DNA from: an uncultured Rubritalea sp.
GTDB lineage: Bacteria; Verrucomicrobiota; Verrucomicrobiia; Verrucomicrobiales; Akkermansiaceae
Assembly: GCA_937132085.1 (NCBI GenBank)
Contig: CAKZNV010000163.1
Coordinates: forward strand, 7,441 to 71,440
Reading direction: 5' to 3'
DNA: 64,000 nt
How positions within the stretch are numbered: the first letter of the stretch is position 1; the number at the start of each line of letters is the position of its first letter. The notes under the pieces are model-generated. The model saw only the letters and a program-made list of their open reading frames with translations. It did not search any database and was not told the DNA's origin. The translations under genes and the position numbers were made by a program. Shown one piece after another: positions 18,581 through 27,872 of this stretch.

Positions 18581-19228
18581 TTACCTCCTCCCTCGCTTAG
18601 CGTCTAAAACCTCTAAGCCTATACGTATTCGATTCACACACCATTCTACGTCTTCTATACTCCAGTTTAGAATCTCATTTAAATAACGCCCTATCCTATC
18701 TACATCCACTTTGCCTCTAGAATGACTAGATGCAGAACATATGAATTCATCCAATCTACGGACATCATAGAAATGATGACTCAAGGGGTGATGAGCCAAA
18801 TACATTTCAAATTTAGAGCGTGTCTTAGCCCCACTAATCGCTGACTTTAGAGTTAATTCAGCACTTGTCGACTTAACTAGCAGCCCCCATTTTTTCTCTT
18901 TAGCAAAAGCTTTAAGGCTCTTTTCAAAACTATTGAGAAAGCTATTATACTCCTCTACAGACAATTCTGATTTCGATTGTGGAACTATATTAGTCAACTG
19001 TAATGATGCTCCATCAGATGTAGCGAAATGTATAGAGGGGTATGGTTCAGCATAAACTGCATGGGCTACAATAGCATCAGAATCAATAGCTCTTCGATAC
19101 ATTAATGTTTGCTTCCTCAAATACTCATATTCATGAGATCTCTCGACAAACAAACTCACATACTCAACTAAATCTCTAGAGTCTTTTTCTGTAGCTCTAA
19201 TTGTCAATTCTTGAAACACCATCATCAT
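18581..19228 (-). CDS. Hypothetical protein coupled to the Mrr-like nuclease
   Basis: 215-aa ORF; ATGA overlap with the upstream gene. Confidence 0.6.
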   Translation of the reverse strand: MMMVFQELTIRATEKDSRDLVEYVSLFVERSHEYEYLRKQTLMYRRAIDSDAIVAHAVYAEPYPSIHFATSDGASLQLTNIVPQSKSELSVEEYNSFLNSFEKSLKAFAKEKKWGLLVKSTSAELTLKSAISGAKTRSKFEMYLAHHPLSHHFYDVRRLDEFICSASSHSRGKVDVDRIGRYLNEILNWSIEDVEWCVNRIRIGLEVLDAKRGRR

Positions 19229-20229
19229 TTTACTATAGAACGCTTTATTAAGCTTAGCAGTTCCCTATAATCTATTAATTGAAGTTCCCATGTATGCTTC
19301 TCTGCAAAAGCAACAGCATCTTTAGTGAACCCCGATGTCGTTGCTATTATTGCCTTAGATGCTCCTTCACTTATTTTCACACCATACAATTCCCTAACCT
19401 GAGAAACAGACACTTTCCTCTCTTTTTTATACCTTTTACATTCTATAATATGCTTAAGCATTATATTACCGGGGTTACCAATTGCTAAAATATCACGTCC
19501 TCCATCCCTCGTCCTCTGGGTTAAACAAACTTCATACCCCATCTTAGAAAAAACAGTTCCGACAAGTTCCTCAAAAAATCTAGGATCTACCGAATACAAT
19601 GATTGGGGGTTATCAACGAATCCTTCTGCTATTTTACTACTAACTTCGATAAAGATTTCATCATCTAGGTAATTTGAATCTTCAGGCGTCCAAATATTAG
19701 AATATTTCTCATGTATTAAAAACTCTATTGCTTCCCGAACTTCATCAAAAATGCTATCAGGATCTCGTCTCGAATACCTCTCTTCAACTCCTAAATCATA
19801 GATTTTTCCCTCCAAAATATCTAACTGTTCAAGAGCCTTATACCACTCTCCTCTAGTCGACAGCTCAATTGCTAAATCTCTATCTTGAGCCATTGATTCA
19901 AAATGCCCATCACAATATATTCTTTGATTCGCTTCAAATTCATACTCACCTGCATTTTTATCCACCAAATATGACTGGTGTTCTAACTCTGATATAACAT
20001 CTCCATTAGGCATCGTTATAAACCCTCGAGGATTCATGGGGATACCTGTTACTGTATCAGGTATTATCAATCGTCTATCTGGGATTCCTATAATAGCTCC
20101 CAACTTATTTAGTTGGGTTTCTATTTTTGATCGCTTCCGGTCACATATATGTAACAATTGCTTTTCACTTGGCATTGAATTGATTTTCTCAATCAGAAAC
20201 ATACTGTCAAGAATACTATTTATTCTCAA
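19225..20229 (-). CDS. Restriction endonuclease with C-terminal Mrr catalytic domain
   Basis: FEELV..VF..MGY.V..T..TRDGGRDI...IECKRY...V.V..VRELYG...ATTSGFT..A. Confidence 0.82.
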   Translation of the reverse strand: MRINSILDSMFLIEKINSMPSEKQLLHICDRKRSKIETQLNKLGAIIGIPDRRLIIPDTVTGIPMNPRGFITMPNGDVISELEHQSYLVDKNAGEYEFEANQRIYCDGHFESMAQDRDLAIELSTRGEWYKALEQLDILEGKIYDLGVEERYSRRDPDSIFDEVREAIEFLIHEKYSNIWTPEDSNYLDDEIFIEVSSKIAEGFVDNPQSLYSVDPRFFEELVGTVFSKMGYEVCLTQRTRDGGRDILAIGNPGNIMLKHIIECKRYKKERKVSVSQVRELYGVKISEGASKAIIATTSGFTKDAVAFAEKHTWELQLIDYRELLSLIKRSIVK

Positions 20230-20260
20230 AATTGTAATAAATCAGTAATAATTTCCTGCT

Positions 20261-21109
20261 ATGATGAATTGTAGAAACAATATGGGGAAATGGATGTCTG
20301 GATTAGACGAAGCGGAATATCAAAAGCTCGCGGCAGCTGTTAAGCAAGCCGAGCAAATACAAGAGAACGGAGGTTCAGCTCCTAATGGAGTGATCTCTAA
20401 TTTTATCTTTAATGCGAAACATCGTATGAGTGTGCTAGATGAACAGATTGACATTTCTCAGGAACAGTCGAAAAAAGATAAAGCATCACTTACCGAAGCA
20501 GCTATTGCTCAGCTAGTAAGTCAAGAAACTCGCTTGAACTCTACAGAGAAAGAAGCGTATGCGAGTTTCCTAGGGAAGGATTACTTTACACGTGAAGACA
20601 TCAACGACCTTAACACATTTTATGCCGACGGTGGGGCGTGGGATAAATTATCTAAGAAAGGTAAGGACGAAATTGGCATTCGACTTGAAGAAGGCTTGCA
20701 ACGTGGTGAAATAGAATTTTCGGATGTATCTAAATCGGTTCAGAAAAAGCATAATGACTGGGTTTATGAGCAGTTCACACAGCGTGAAATTCCAGCTGAT
20801 AATTTAGCTAATGTATCTGGCGAAGCTCGTGAAAATTTCATCCGTGAGTATGAATCTGGAAACACTGAAGCAGCACGCAAGGTTTTGGATCAGCAGAGTT
20901 CTTCTGTTTCTGTTCATGCTGAACAGAAACAATCGGCTACATCACTAAGCGATGTAGCCGCCGTGGCGGAAAACAACGAAAAAACTGACTCGAATAAATC
21001 CGATACCGCCAATATAAAAGAGGATAATGTCATGAATGAACTCGCCAATTTAGGACAAAGTCCAACTTCTCTAGAAATGACCTCGCCCCCAGACCTTGGG
21101 AGAAGCTAG
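20261..21109 (+). CDS. Hypothetical protein with a DGG.WDKLS domain
   Basis: 282-aa ORF; aa ~85-146 are homologous to part of the convergent neighbour. Confidence 0.65.
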   Translation: MMNCRNNMGKWMSGLDEAEYQKLAAAVKQAEQIQENGGSAPNGVISNFIFNAKHRMSVLDEQIDISQEQSKKDKASLTEAAIAQLVSQETRLNSTEKEAYASFLGKDYFTREDINDLNTFYADGGAWDKLSKKGKDEIGIRLEEGLQRGEIEFSDVSKSVQKKHNDWVYEQFTQREIPADNLANVSGEARENFIREYESGNTEAARKVLDQQSSSVSVHAEQKQSATSLSDVAAVAENNEKTDSNKSDTANIKEDNVMNELANLGQSPTSLEMTSPPDLGRS

Positions 21110-22146
21110 TTATTTTGCTTAATATTTCTCTTCATCCTAGCCTCACGAAACCCTGCCAACATCTCTGAATGCGCAATTATTCGCAAGCTATCAACCATAC
21201 TCATCATTCGAATTTTCACTGACTTTGCTCCACTTGAGCTAAGCTTCTTATCCACGAGATCAAATCTCCTTTGGAACGCATCCTTGATATGATGGGAATA
21301 ACGAACGGCATCCTTGTCTTTCCAACCGAACTTTTTGTAATCAACTTTGTCCTCATTCAACTTTAGTTTCTTGATAAGCATAGACTCTAACAATGAAGAA
21401 TTAATCTTCTTTTCAGGGTCTTTGAAATACCTCAATTGATAATCTAGGAACAACTGAGAAATAGCCAAGTTACCATTCATCAGCTTCTTAAAAGATTCAC
21501 GTTCTTTTGCCGTCTTCATGCCTAGCTCCAACCTGATACCAATCTGATCTTTACCTGTTGGACTAAGCTTGTCCCATCCTCCACCATCAATATAAAACTG
21601 ATCAATCTCTTTCTTATCTGACTTCTTAAAGAACTCCTTTTGCAAGAGTTTCAGATACATAGCTTTCTCTCGTTTATCAAGCTTTGACTCCTCTGCTACC
21701 AATTCAGCATGAGTCTTACGCCATGAACCACGAATGGCATGTCGCATATCAACTCCACACTCTCTGCACAAAGCTTGTAACTGCAAAGGCTTCTCTAGCT
21801 CTTTCCAATTCTTAATAAGAAGTTCAAGCTTTTCATCGGTGAACCAGCCTGGTCTAGCACTCGATTTAGTATCTCCAGTAACTTTCGCATACAGTGCATC
21901 AATCCGCTTATGCTCAGCCATTACATGCCGAATATAAGGCTCAGGTGAGCCGTGATGCTTCAAGCTGCCAGCAAGCTGTAGCATTGTCGCTGACAGGTCT
22001 GACTGAGCAGGTTTAAAACCTTTCTGTGGATCATAGAACGTTTGTTGAGCTGTAGCCGATTGATAGGTCAATATCAGTGTTAGCAATGGAATTAAAGCAC
22101 TCCGTAAGTAACTCTTCCTTAATAGATTTATAGTAGTCTGAAACAT
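21106..22146 (-). CDS. Secreted hypothetical protein with a DGG.WDKLS domain
   Basis: Basic N-terminus, hydrophobic stretch and ATA cleavage-like site; the start codon lies inside the left inverted repeat. Confidence 0.7.
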   Translation of the reverse strand: MFQTTINLLRKSYLRSALIPLLTLILTYQSATAQQTFYDPQKGFKPAQSDLSATMLQLAGSLKHHGSPEPYIRHVMAEHKRIDALYAKVTGDTKSSARPGWFTDEKLELLIKNWKELEKPLQLQALCRECGVDMRHAIRGSWRKTHAELVAEESKLDKREKAMYLKLLQKEFFKKSDKKEIDQFYIDGGGWDKLSPTGKDQIGIRLELGMKTAKERESFKKLMNGNLAISQLFLDYQLRYFKDPEKKINSSLLESMLIKKLKLNEDKVDYKKFGWKDKDAVRYSHHIKDAFQRRFDLVDKKLSSSGAKSVKIRMMSMVDSLRIIAHSEMLAGFREARMKRNIKQNN

Positions 22147-22164
22147 AATAGGTAAATTGTTTCA
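22139..22164 (+). repeat. Left inverted recombination site (IRL)
   Basis: TGAAACA-TAATAGGTAAAT-TGTTTCA; 24/26 identical to the reverse complement of 22775-22800. Confidence 0.85.
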
Positions 22165-22173
22165 AGGAATCCC

Positions 22174-22725
22174 ATGGGAAATCAAATATATGATAAGGTC
22201 GGACAACGTAAGTATCTTAACAAAGCAGAGAGCAAACTATTCTTAGATGAGGCTTCGAAACTAGAAGGTCATGAGAAGGCTCTTTGCCTCTTTCTCTATT
22301 ATACTGGTTGCCGTATCTCAGAAGCTCTAGAGATGACACCTCAGAGAGTCGAGTTCGAGAACGACTTGGCTGTTATACGATGCCTCAAGAAGCGTGCTAG
22401 CATTGAATATCGCGCTGTATTAATACCTCAAAGGCTAGTTTCTCAACTCTCTATTATGACAGCCACTCATGATACAAGGTTCTGGAATTTTTCGAGAACT
22501 ACAGCTTGGAGAATAGTTAAGAAGGTGATGTCTCAGGTTGGTGTAACAGGCTCCAAGGCTACAGCCCGATCACTGCGCCATACTTTTGCTGTTCGTGCTA
22601 TTCTCAATGGCGCTCCACTCAATAAGATTCAATCATGGCTGGGGCATTCTGACTTGTCAGTAACATCGATCTATTTAAATGTGACGGGTGAGGAAGACCG
22701 TCAGTTCATTAAAAAAACATGGTAA
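22174..22725 (+). CDS. Small catalytic-domain tyrosine recombinase, putative invertase
   Basis: YTGCRISEAL, SLRHTFA, LGHSD and IY motifs; 183 aa; flanked by inverted sites. Confidence 0.85.
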   Translation: MGNQIYDKVGQRKYLNKAESKLFLDEASKLEGHEKALCLFLYYTGCRISEALEMTPQRVEFENDLAVIRCLKKRASIEYRAVLIPQRLVSQLSIMTATHDTRFWNFSRTTAWRIVKKVMSQVGVTGSKATARSLRHTFAVRAILNGAPLNKIQSWLGHSDLSVTSIYLNVTGEEDRQFIKKTW

Positions 22726-22741
22726 ATACAGAGCTTTAGGC

Positions 22742-22769
22742 TTGAATTAATAGCGCGTTTTCATAGCTT
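22742..22769 (+). promoter_or_regulatory. Candidate outward-facing promoter inside the invertible segment
   Basis: TTGAAT-N16-TAGCTT ending 5 bp before IRR; imperfect sigma70 match. Confidence 0.4.
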
Positions 22770-22774
22770 GGATA

Positions 22775-22800
22775 TGCAACAATTTACCTATTGTGTTTCA
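22775..22800 (-). repeat. Right inverted recombination site (IRR)
   Basis: Reverse complement reads TGAAACA-CAATAGGTAAAT-TGTTGCA. Confidence 0.85.
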
Positions 22801-22860
22801 ATGCTAATCAGACCAACCTTTGGCTTGCTCTGCTTAATCAATGGCAATAAACTGTGACAA

Positions 22861-23697
22861 ATGATTAGGGTAACAAATTATCAATATATTAGAAATGAGG
22901 CAGTATCCAGTTCACTCCAGAATTTACTAAACAACAAACACCTATATCAAAGTGAAACAATTACCTCAAAGGCTTTGGCTTTCAAGGAAACTTATGGAAA
23001 TGGTAAACCTACAGAACAAGCTATCAGTGAGGTCGAGCTAGCAAAAAAATATTTCTTTATGCCTTGGAATTTCATTTGCGACACCAACAATGAAAAGCCA
23101 AATAACGACGATATTGTCATACCCAACATTGAAACTTATTGCCACCTCTGTAAGACTAGAACTGCCTTTAAAGCGATCTCTTCAGTTGAAAGCTCTCTCC
23201 ATATTCCGGCACAATCGGAAAAACGCCAAGTCCACTTACTTTCTTTTATGTGTCAAAAATGCTCTATCACAAACGTTGATTTTGCAATTACAAGATCTGG
23301 TATGAAATTGACTCTCGTAGGTAGGTCTCCCATTGAAACTATTGAAGCCCCTCCATTCATTCCCAAAGCACTAAGGAAATATTATTCAGAAGCTGTTATA
23401 GATCGCAATGCAGGAGCGACCTTACAAGGTTTATTTATGCTGAGAACACTACTAGAGCAATATTGGAAGAGCCTAAACCTTCGACCTAATCCTTCCCGTC
23501 CCACTGGAGACGAGCTTGGCGATGCTTATAACGAATCTCTCCCAGACGATTTTAAACAACGCTTCCCAAGCTTAAGAGAAATATACGCTGAACTCAGTAA
23601 GGCCATGCATAATGCTCAATCTGATAACACTCTATTTGACAATAGCCGATCAAAAATTGATGAACACTTCGACGCTAAACGATTGTTTAAAATTTAA
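22861..23697 (+). CDS. Zn-ribbon plus DUF4145/HEPN-like helical domain protein
   Basis: CHLC and CQKC pairs followed by P..LRKYYSEA...LRTLLE. Confidence 0.45.
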   Translation: MIRVTNYQYIRNEAVSSSLQNLLNNKHLYQSETITSKALAFKETYGNGKPTEQAISEVELAKKYFFMPWNFICDTNNEKPNNDDIVIPNIETYCHLCKTRTAFKAISSVESSLHIPAQSEKRQVHLLSFMCQKCSITNVDFAITRSGMKLTLVGRSPIETIEAPPFIPKALRKYYSEAVIDRNAGATLQGLFMLRTLLEQYWKSLNLRPNPSRPTGDELGDAYNESLPDDFKQRFPSLREIYAELSKAMHNAQSDNTLFDNSRSKIDEHFDAKRLFKI

Positions 23698-23792
23698 TTT
23701 ATTCAACCGCTAGTAGCTACTAGTGGTTTTCAATGAGAGCCCTTGAAATAAATATGACTAAATCTGATGTGATATAGCTCATGAGCCCTATT

Positions 23793-24251
23793 TTATTTTG
23801 CGGACTTTTTTATATACCTAATCTCCCCCATTGGCGTAAACATGAATGCCTCTCGTTGGTCTAAATCTTGAATAAGAATAGGACAGTCATCTTCACAGGC
23901 AAGAAAAGCATCCCAGTTTTTAACAAAATTCCTCCACGTAGTTTTAAAAACAATCAATCGAGAGGCACAAAAATAAATATCCGCATCCTCTTTCCACTTA
24001 ACCGACTCTTTTAGCGCCAGCGAAACAGATGAATTCTCATCTAAGTTATATGCCTCAATCCAGCGTCCAACACATTGGCTATCTGCTTGAACAAACCAAT
24101 GGTTCTCAGTAAAAGAGTAAAAACTACTCTCTATTTCTCCAAACATGGTAGTAAAAATGACCAGTGATTCAGATTGAGAAAGTTGGTATATTTCCTCGTT
24201 TAAACGACCATCAAAATTATCTGCATATTCTGTTTTATTAACAAGTTCCAT
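23793..24251 (-). CDS. Putative immunity protein (DUF2947-like)
   Basis: Acidic 152-aa ORF 10 bp after the toxin-like gene; W...IYF...V.KTTW..FV.NWD.FL..EDD pattern. Confidence 0.5.
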   Translation of the reverse strand: MELVNKTEYADNFDGRLNEEIYQLSQSESLVIFTTMFGEIESSFYSFTENHWFVQADSQCVGRWIEAYNLDENSSVSLALKESVKWKEDADIYFCASRLIVFKTTWRNFVKNWDAFLACEDDCPILIQDLDQREAFMFTPMGEIRYIKKSAK

Positions 24252-24261
24252 TGGCTATATC

Positions 24262-25683
24262 TTAGTTTGCAGTGTTGTAGAAAATGTGTCCACCAGCTTT
24301 ACCATCTTTCCACTTCAAGTGTTGTAAATCATTACCAGCTTCAATTTCACGCGTATTTTTATCATTATGCACTTCATATCCCTTTTTGTAGACCTGCCCC
24401 CTATCTTTAGAATATTGCTTATAGCGATTCATGTTTCCTCTAGCCTCGACGAGAAGCTTCTTTGCATCCGTAGCATTCACGGTTCTAAAATTCAATTTGC
24501 CTTTACCTAGTCCAGAGAGACTTTTGACAGCAGCTTTCCACTCTTTTGTTTCTGGCTTAATCGTAGAGAGACCAGATGCTACACCTTCTCTCTTGATTCT
24601 TCCTTTCTTATTATAGCTCGCTAGCTTCTTTGATTCAACTTCTATCTTACGAGCTAACTTATTTGGTATTCCTAATGCATGGTTAACTTTAATCTTCCCC
24701 CTTTGATCCTTAGCTAGTTTTTTTATCAGTTTACGACTAGACGTGAGCTTAGAGTTAACTCCATTCAAAGCTTTAGCCCACTGTGTTCTCCGTTTGTGAG
24801 TTTTCTTACTGCCTCCAACTTGAGGTCTATTGGCGTGGTTAGGAGAATGCCCTACAGACTTTTTAATCTTCTTTCTATCTGCCCTTCTAGCAGTTTTAAG
24901 TTTCCTCCCCTTTTTACTTGTCTTGCCACTAATTGACCTTCTTTCTATTCGTGGTTTGTTTTTTACATTTGTTCTAAAAGTTCCTGATTTTCTAGCTGAT
25001 ATTCCAGACTTAGCACTATGATATTTCGCTACTGTGTTTCTGTAGCCTTTCCTTATACGAACTGAATTTCTGCCTATTTTGCCATACTTTACACCCCTTC
25101 TAACATTTGCTTGTTTAGACTGAAAAGAGCTTCTCACTCTTCCAGCGGATGCTCTTAACCTGCTTTTTGCTGTAGTAACCTTCCTCTTAACCGCAGAACG
25201 TGTATTTCTAGCAGTTGTTCTAACGTTATTAAAGCGTCTCCGTGCAGTAGAACGAGCAGTCCTATATTTATGCTTGGCTGATTGTCTAACATTCCGACCT
25301 TGCCTCCCAATGTTTGCACTTATTTTACGCACCCTTTTCCGAGCACCTTTAACACTACGCTTAGCCCTCCAATTAGCGATTCTTGCTTGTCGTCTAATTC
25401 GAGGTTGAGATCGTGGAACAACTTTACGAGCAGAGTTAGGTTTTACTTTCGGTTTAGGAGCAGGACGAGGCTTTGGCTTTGGGCGTGCTTTGGGTTGCGG
25501 TTTAGGGCGAGGCTTCGGACGTGGCTTAGGTTTAGGACGAGGTTTTGGGGCTGTTTTAGCGAAATAAAATGCAACAGTTCCCCCTCGCCCTTTAAACTGA
25601 ACAGCGTCTATAGGGACAACTAGAAGAAAGCTGAATAGAAAAAACAGATTTTTACGTAACAGTAGGTGGAAACTAAAATTCAT
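24262..25683 (-). CDS. Secreted Pro/Lys/Arg-rich protein with C-terminal toxin-like tip
   Basis: Signal peptide, (PK/PR)n tract and long R/K-rich region; C-terminal YEVH...NDLQHLKWKD..GGHIFY. Confidence 0.6.
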   Translation of the reverse strand: MNFSFHLLLRKNLFFLFSFLLVVPIDAVQFKGRGGTVAFYFAKTAPKPRPKPKPRPKPRPKPQPKARPKPKPRPAPKPKVKPNSARKVVPRSQPRIRRQARIANWRAKRSVKGARKRVRKISANIGRQGRNVRQSAKHKYRTARSTARRRFNNVRTTARNTRSAVKRKVTTAKSRLRASAGRVRSSFQSKQANVRRGVKYGKIGRNSVRIRKGYRNTVAKYHSAKSGISARKSGTFRTNVKNKPRIERRSISGKTSKKGRKLKTARRADRKKIKKSVGHSPNHANRPQVGGSKKTHKRRTQWAKALNGVNSKLTSSRKLIKKLAKDQRGKIKVNHALGIPNKLARKIEVESKKLASYNKKGRIKREGVASGLSTIKPETKEWKAAVKSLSGLGKGKLNFRTVNATDAKKLLVEARGNMNRYKQYSKDRGQVYKKGYEVHNDKNTREIEAGNDLQHLKWKDGKAGGHIFYNTAN

Positions 25684-26309
25684 TTTCTCTGCAATAGCTT
25701 ACGACTATCTAATATCACCCCTTCTTCAAACTTTTTATATTTATCACTCTCTATGACTTTTAGTAATTCTGCTAAGGCATTCATAGGGAATGGAACACCT
25801 GCATCCAAAATATCAGTTGCGGCTAGTTTTAAGGATTCTAGCCTTGTGTGTTCAGGAGCGTCTTTCTCCAGATACTCCGTGAGTAGAACCGAAAGTGTTT
25901 CCTCTAATTCTTCACAAACTTGGAACAGTTCAAAATAAATAGAATGATCGTATTTAGGCGGAGCACCCCTCTCTTTTGCATTATATTTATACCAGAAATA
26001 AATATCCTCATAATATGAAAGCTCTGAATTTTTATAGAGAGTGAGTAGCATTTCATACTTCCGCTCTAGGCTCTCGGCTTCTTGCATTAGCTCCTCTAGA
26101 TCCAGAGCGTCCATTTGTTGATTGTATTCCGCCTCAAACTGCTCTTCCATCTTAATGGCATCGAGAGTAGCATCTATTTCTGCTTCACTTAAACTAGATT
26201 CCTCCTGTATGCCCTTGGATTCAAACGAAGATTTTCTTTGCTGTTCCTTACAAGCATTCAGAAGACTCAGTGCTATTGATAGGCTTCCATAATATATTAT
26301 TTTTCTCAT
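25680..26309 (-). CDS. Acidic lipoprotein
   Basis: Lipobox-like LLNAC; E/D-rich helical body. Confidence 0.65.
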   Translation of the reverse strand: MRKIIYYGSLSIALSLLNACKEQQRKSSFESKGIQEESSLSEAEIDATLDAIKMEEQFEAEYNQQMDALDLEELMQEAESLERKYEMLLTLYKNSELSYYEDIYFWYKYNAKERGAPPKYDHSIYFELFQVCEELEETLSVLLTEYLEKDAPEHTRLESLKLAATDILDAGVPFPMNALAELLKVIESDKYKKFEEGVILDSRKLLQRK

Positions 26310-26320
26310 ACCTGTTTGTG

Positions 26321-27868
26321 TTACTCTGTTCCTCCTGGAAAGCTTTCAATATATTTTACGGCTCTTTGATACATCAATTTCACCAACAATTCATTATCCC
26401 CGTAATAATGAATACAAAGTTTCTTTGCATCCATTAAACCTTGCCTATCAATAATCCTCAATAACCTTTCCTTTATTTCATTAGGCTTGTTAATTAAAGA
26501 TGTCCTATCTCCCCCAGCCCCGAGGTGATCTCCTGCAATAAGTTGGAATAATTGGAAAAGGTTTTTCTTATTCTTATAACGTGAGAAACTTTCTTCAAAA
26601 TTTGCTACAGTCCTTGTAAATCTGCCCGCTCCTAATTTCATCTTGGCTTCACCTCTAGCAGCGGCTCCTCCCATGACAAATTTGGGAGGCCATTTCGCTA
26701 CTTCTTGCATCATGAAAAACAAAGACTCACCTTCAAACTCATTTACAAAAGCAGTCATGTATCTTAATCGGTCATAAGAATCACTTGATCCTATTTGAGG
26801 CTGAGGAACACTATCTTCTATTAAATCTTTAATGTGGTGATGACCTGCAAAATCATTTAAATCAATCTTTTGCTTTTGCACGGCTATACTAGCCTTTGCG
26901 TATCTCAACTCACTCGCACGTCTTAAATACTCTCTTCTTCTTTCCTCATTCTTTTCTAACTCTACTCGATTACCCAAATTCCATGCAGCTGTCGCAGAGC
27001 CTAGAGCTTCTGCATTTAGCATTAACTCTCTAGCATCTTTCCATTTTTCCATTCGAACAGCGATTCTTCCCATTCCAGCCATTAACCTCGGCTGATCACT
27101 TCTCTGTTCAGCAAAACCTTTATATGCCATATAAACCTCTTGTTGTTCACTAGGCTCAATCCACGCCATAGCCTCGTCAGTCACAGTAGGGGAAGATCTA
27201 GGCACTTCTTCGTCATTTGGGTCAGCTGACACTCTATCAATCTCTAGAATAATTTCTTTTTCTATCTTTCGAGCTAATTCTCCAGCTGGTGAAAAACTTC
27301 TTGAAGCTTCAAGGAGTAACTTTAACTTCCTCATTTTTAGCCGCGGAGTTTCTTGTGCTGTAATTAACTTCCCACTCTCATTCTCATATATCCCATCTAA
27401 TAGATTTGTTTTTGCCTGGTAATATTTTGCGGAAGAAGAGCCAGATTTCACGGCTAATTGCCAATAGTGATCTGCTGTCTCCAAGTCTCCTAGGTAGTAG
27501 GCGATTCGGCCCATTGCAAAAGTGTATTCAGCTTTATCAGAATTGTTTTCTACAAATTTGAACGCCTTTTCACTTTCGAGTATAGAACGAGCTTCTGCTC
27601 TGTTTACTTCGCCAGATTCCCAAGCTAAATCTAGATTTCCTCTCCCTTTGGAGAATGGATCTTTCGGATGAGCTCCAGTTCGTATAACTAATTTTAAAAA
27701 TATGTCCTCTCTATCTTTATGAGACATCTCTTTATCTAATACAGTCGTCAGAGCAAATTCTTCCTCTGCATTTTCCCGATATGAAGAGGACGTGTTGCGT
27801 TTTGATAACGCTATCAATCCCCCTATAAGCACGGATGCTGCAAAAATGGTTATTCCTATATTCTTCAT
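26321..27868 (-). CDS. Membrane-anchored TPR/Sel1-like repeat protein
   Basis: N-terminal hydrophobic helix; two similar repeats MGRIA.......A......A...GS..A. Confidence 0.6.
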   Translation of the reverse strand: MKNIGITIFAASVLIGGLIALSKRNTSSSYRENAEEEFALTTVLDKEMSHKDREDIFLKLVIRTGAHPKDPFSKGRGNLDLAWESGEVNRAEARSILESEKAFKFVENNSDKAEYTFAMGRIAYYLGDLETADHYWQLAVKSGSSSAKYYQAKTNLLDGIYENESGKLITAQETPRLKMRKLKLLLEASRSFSPAGELARKIEKEIILEIDRVSADPNDEEVPRSSPTVTDEAMAWIEPSEQQEVYMAYKGFAEQRSDQPRLMAGMGRIAVRMEKWKDARELMLNAEALGSATAAWNLGNRVELEKNEERRREYLRRASELRYAKASIAVQKQKIDLNDFAGHHHIKDLIEDSVPQPQIGSSDSYDRLRYMTAFVNEFEGESLFFMMQEVAKWPPKFVMGGAAARGEAKMKLGAGRFTRTVANFEESFSRYKNKKNLFQLFQLIAGDHLGAGGDRTSLINKPNEIKERLLRIIDRQGLMDAKKLCIHYYGDNELLVKLMYQRAVKYIESFPGGTE

Positions 27869-27872
27869 TTCC

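Noticed and set aside
22139-22164. Chromosomal dif (XerCD) site
   Set aside because: One arm resembles TTATGTT, but the site is paired in inverted orientation around its own recombinase, which fits an inversion site better.
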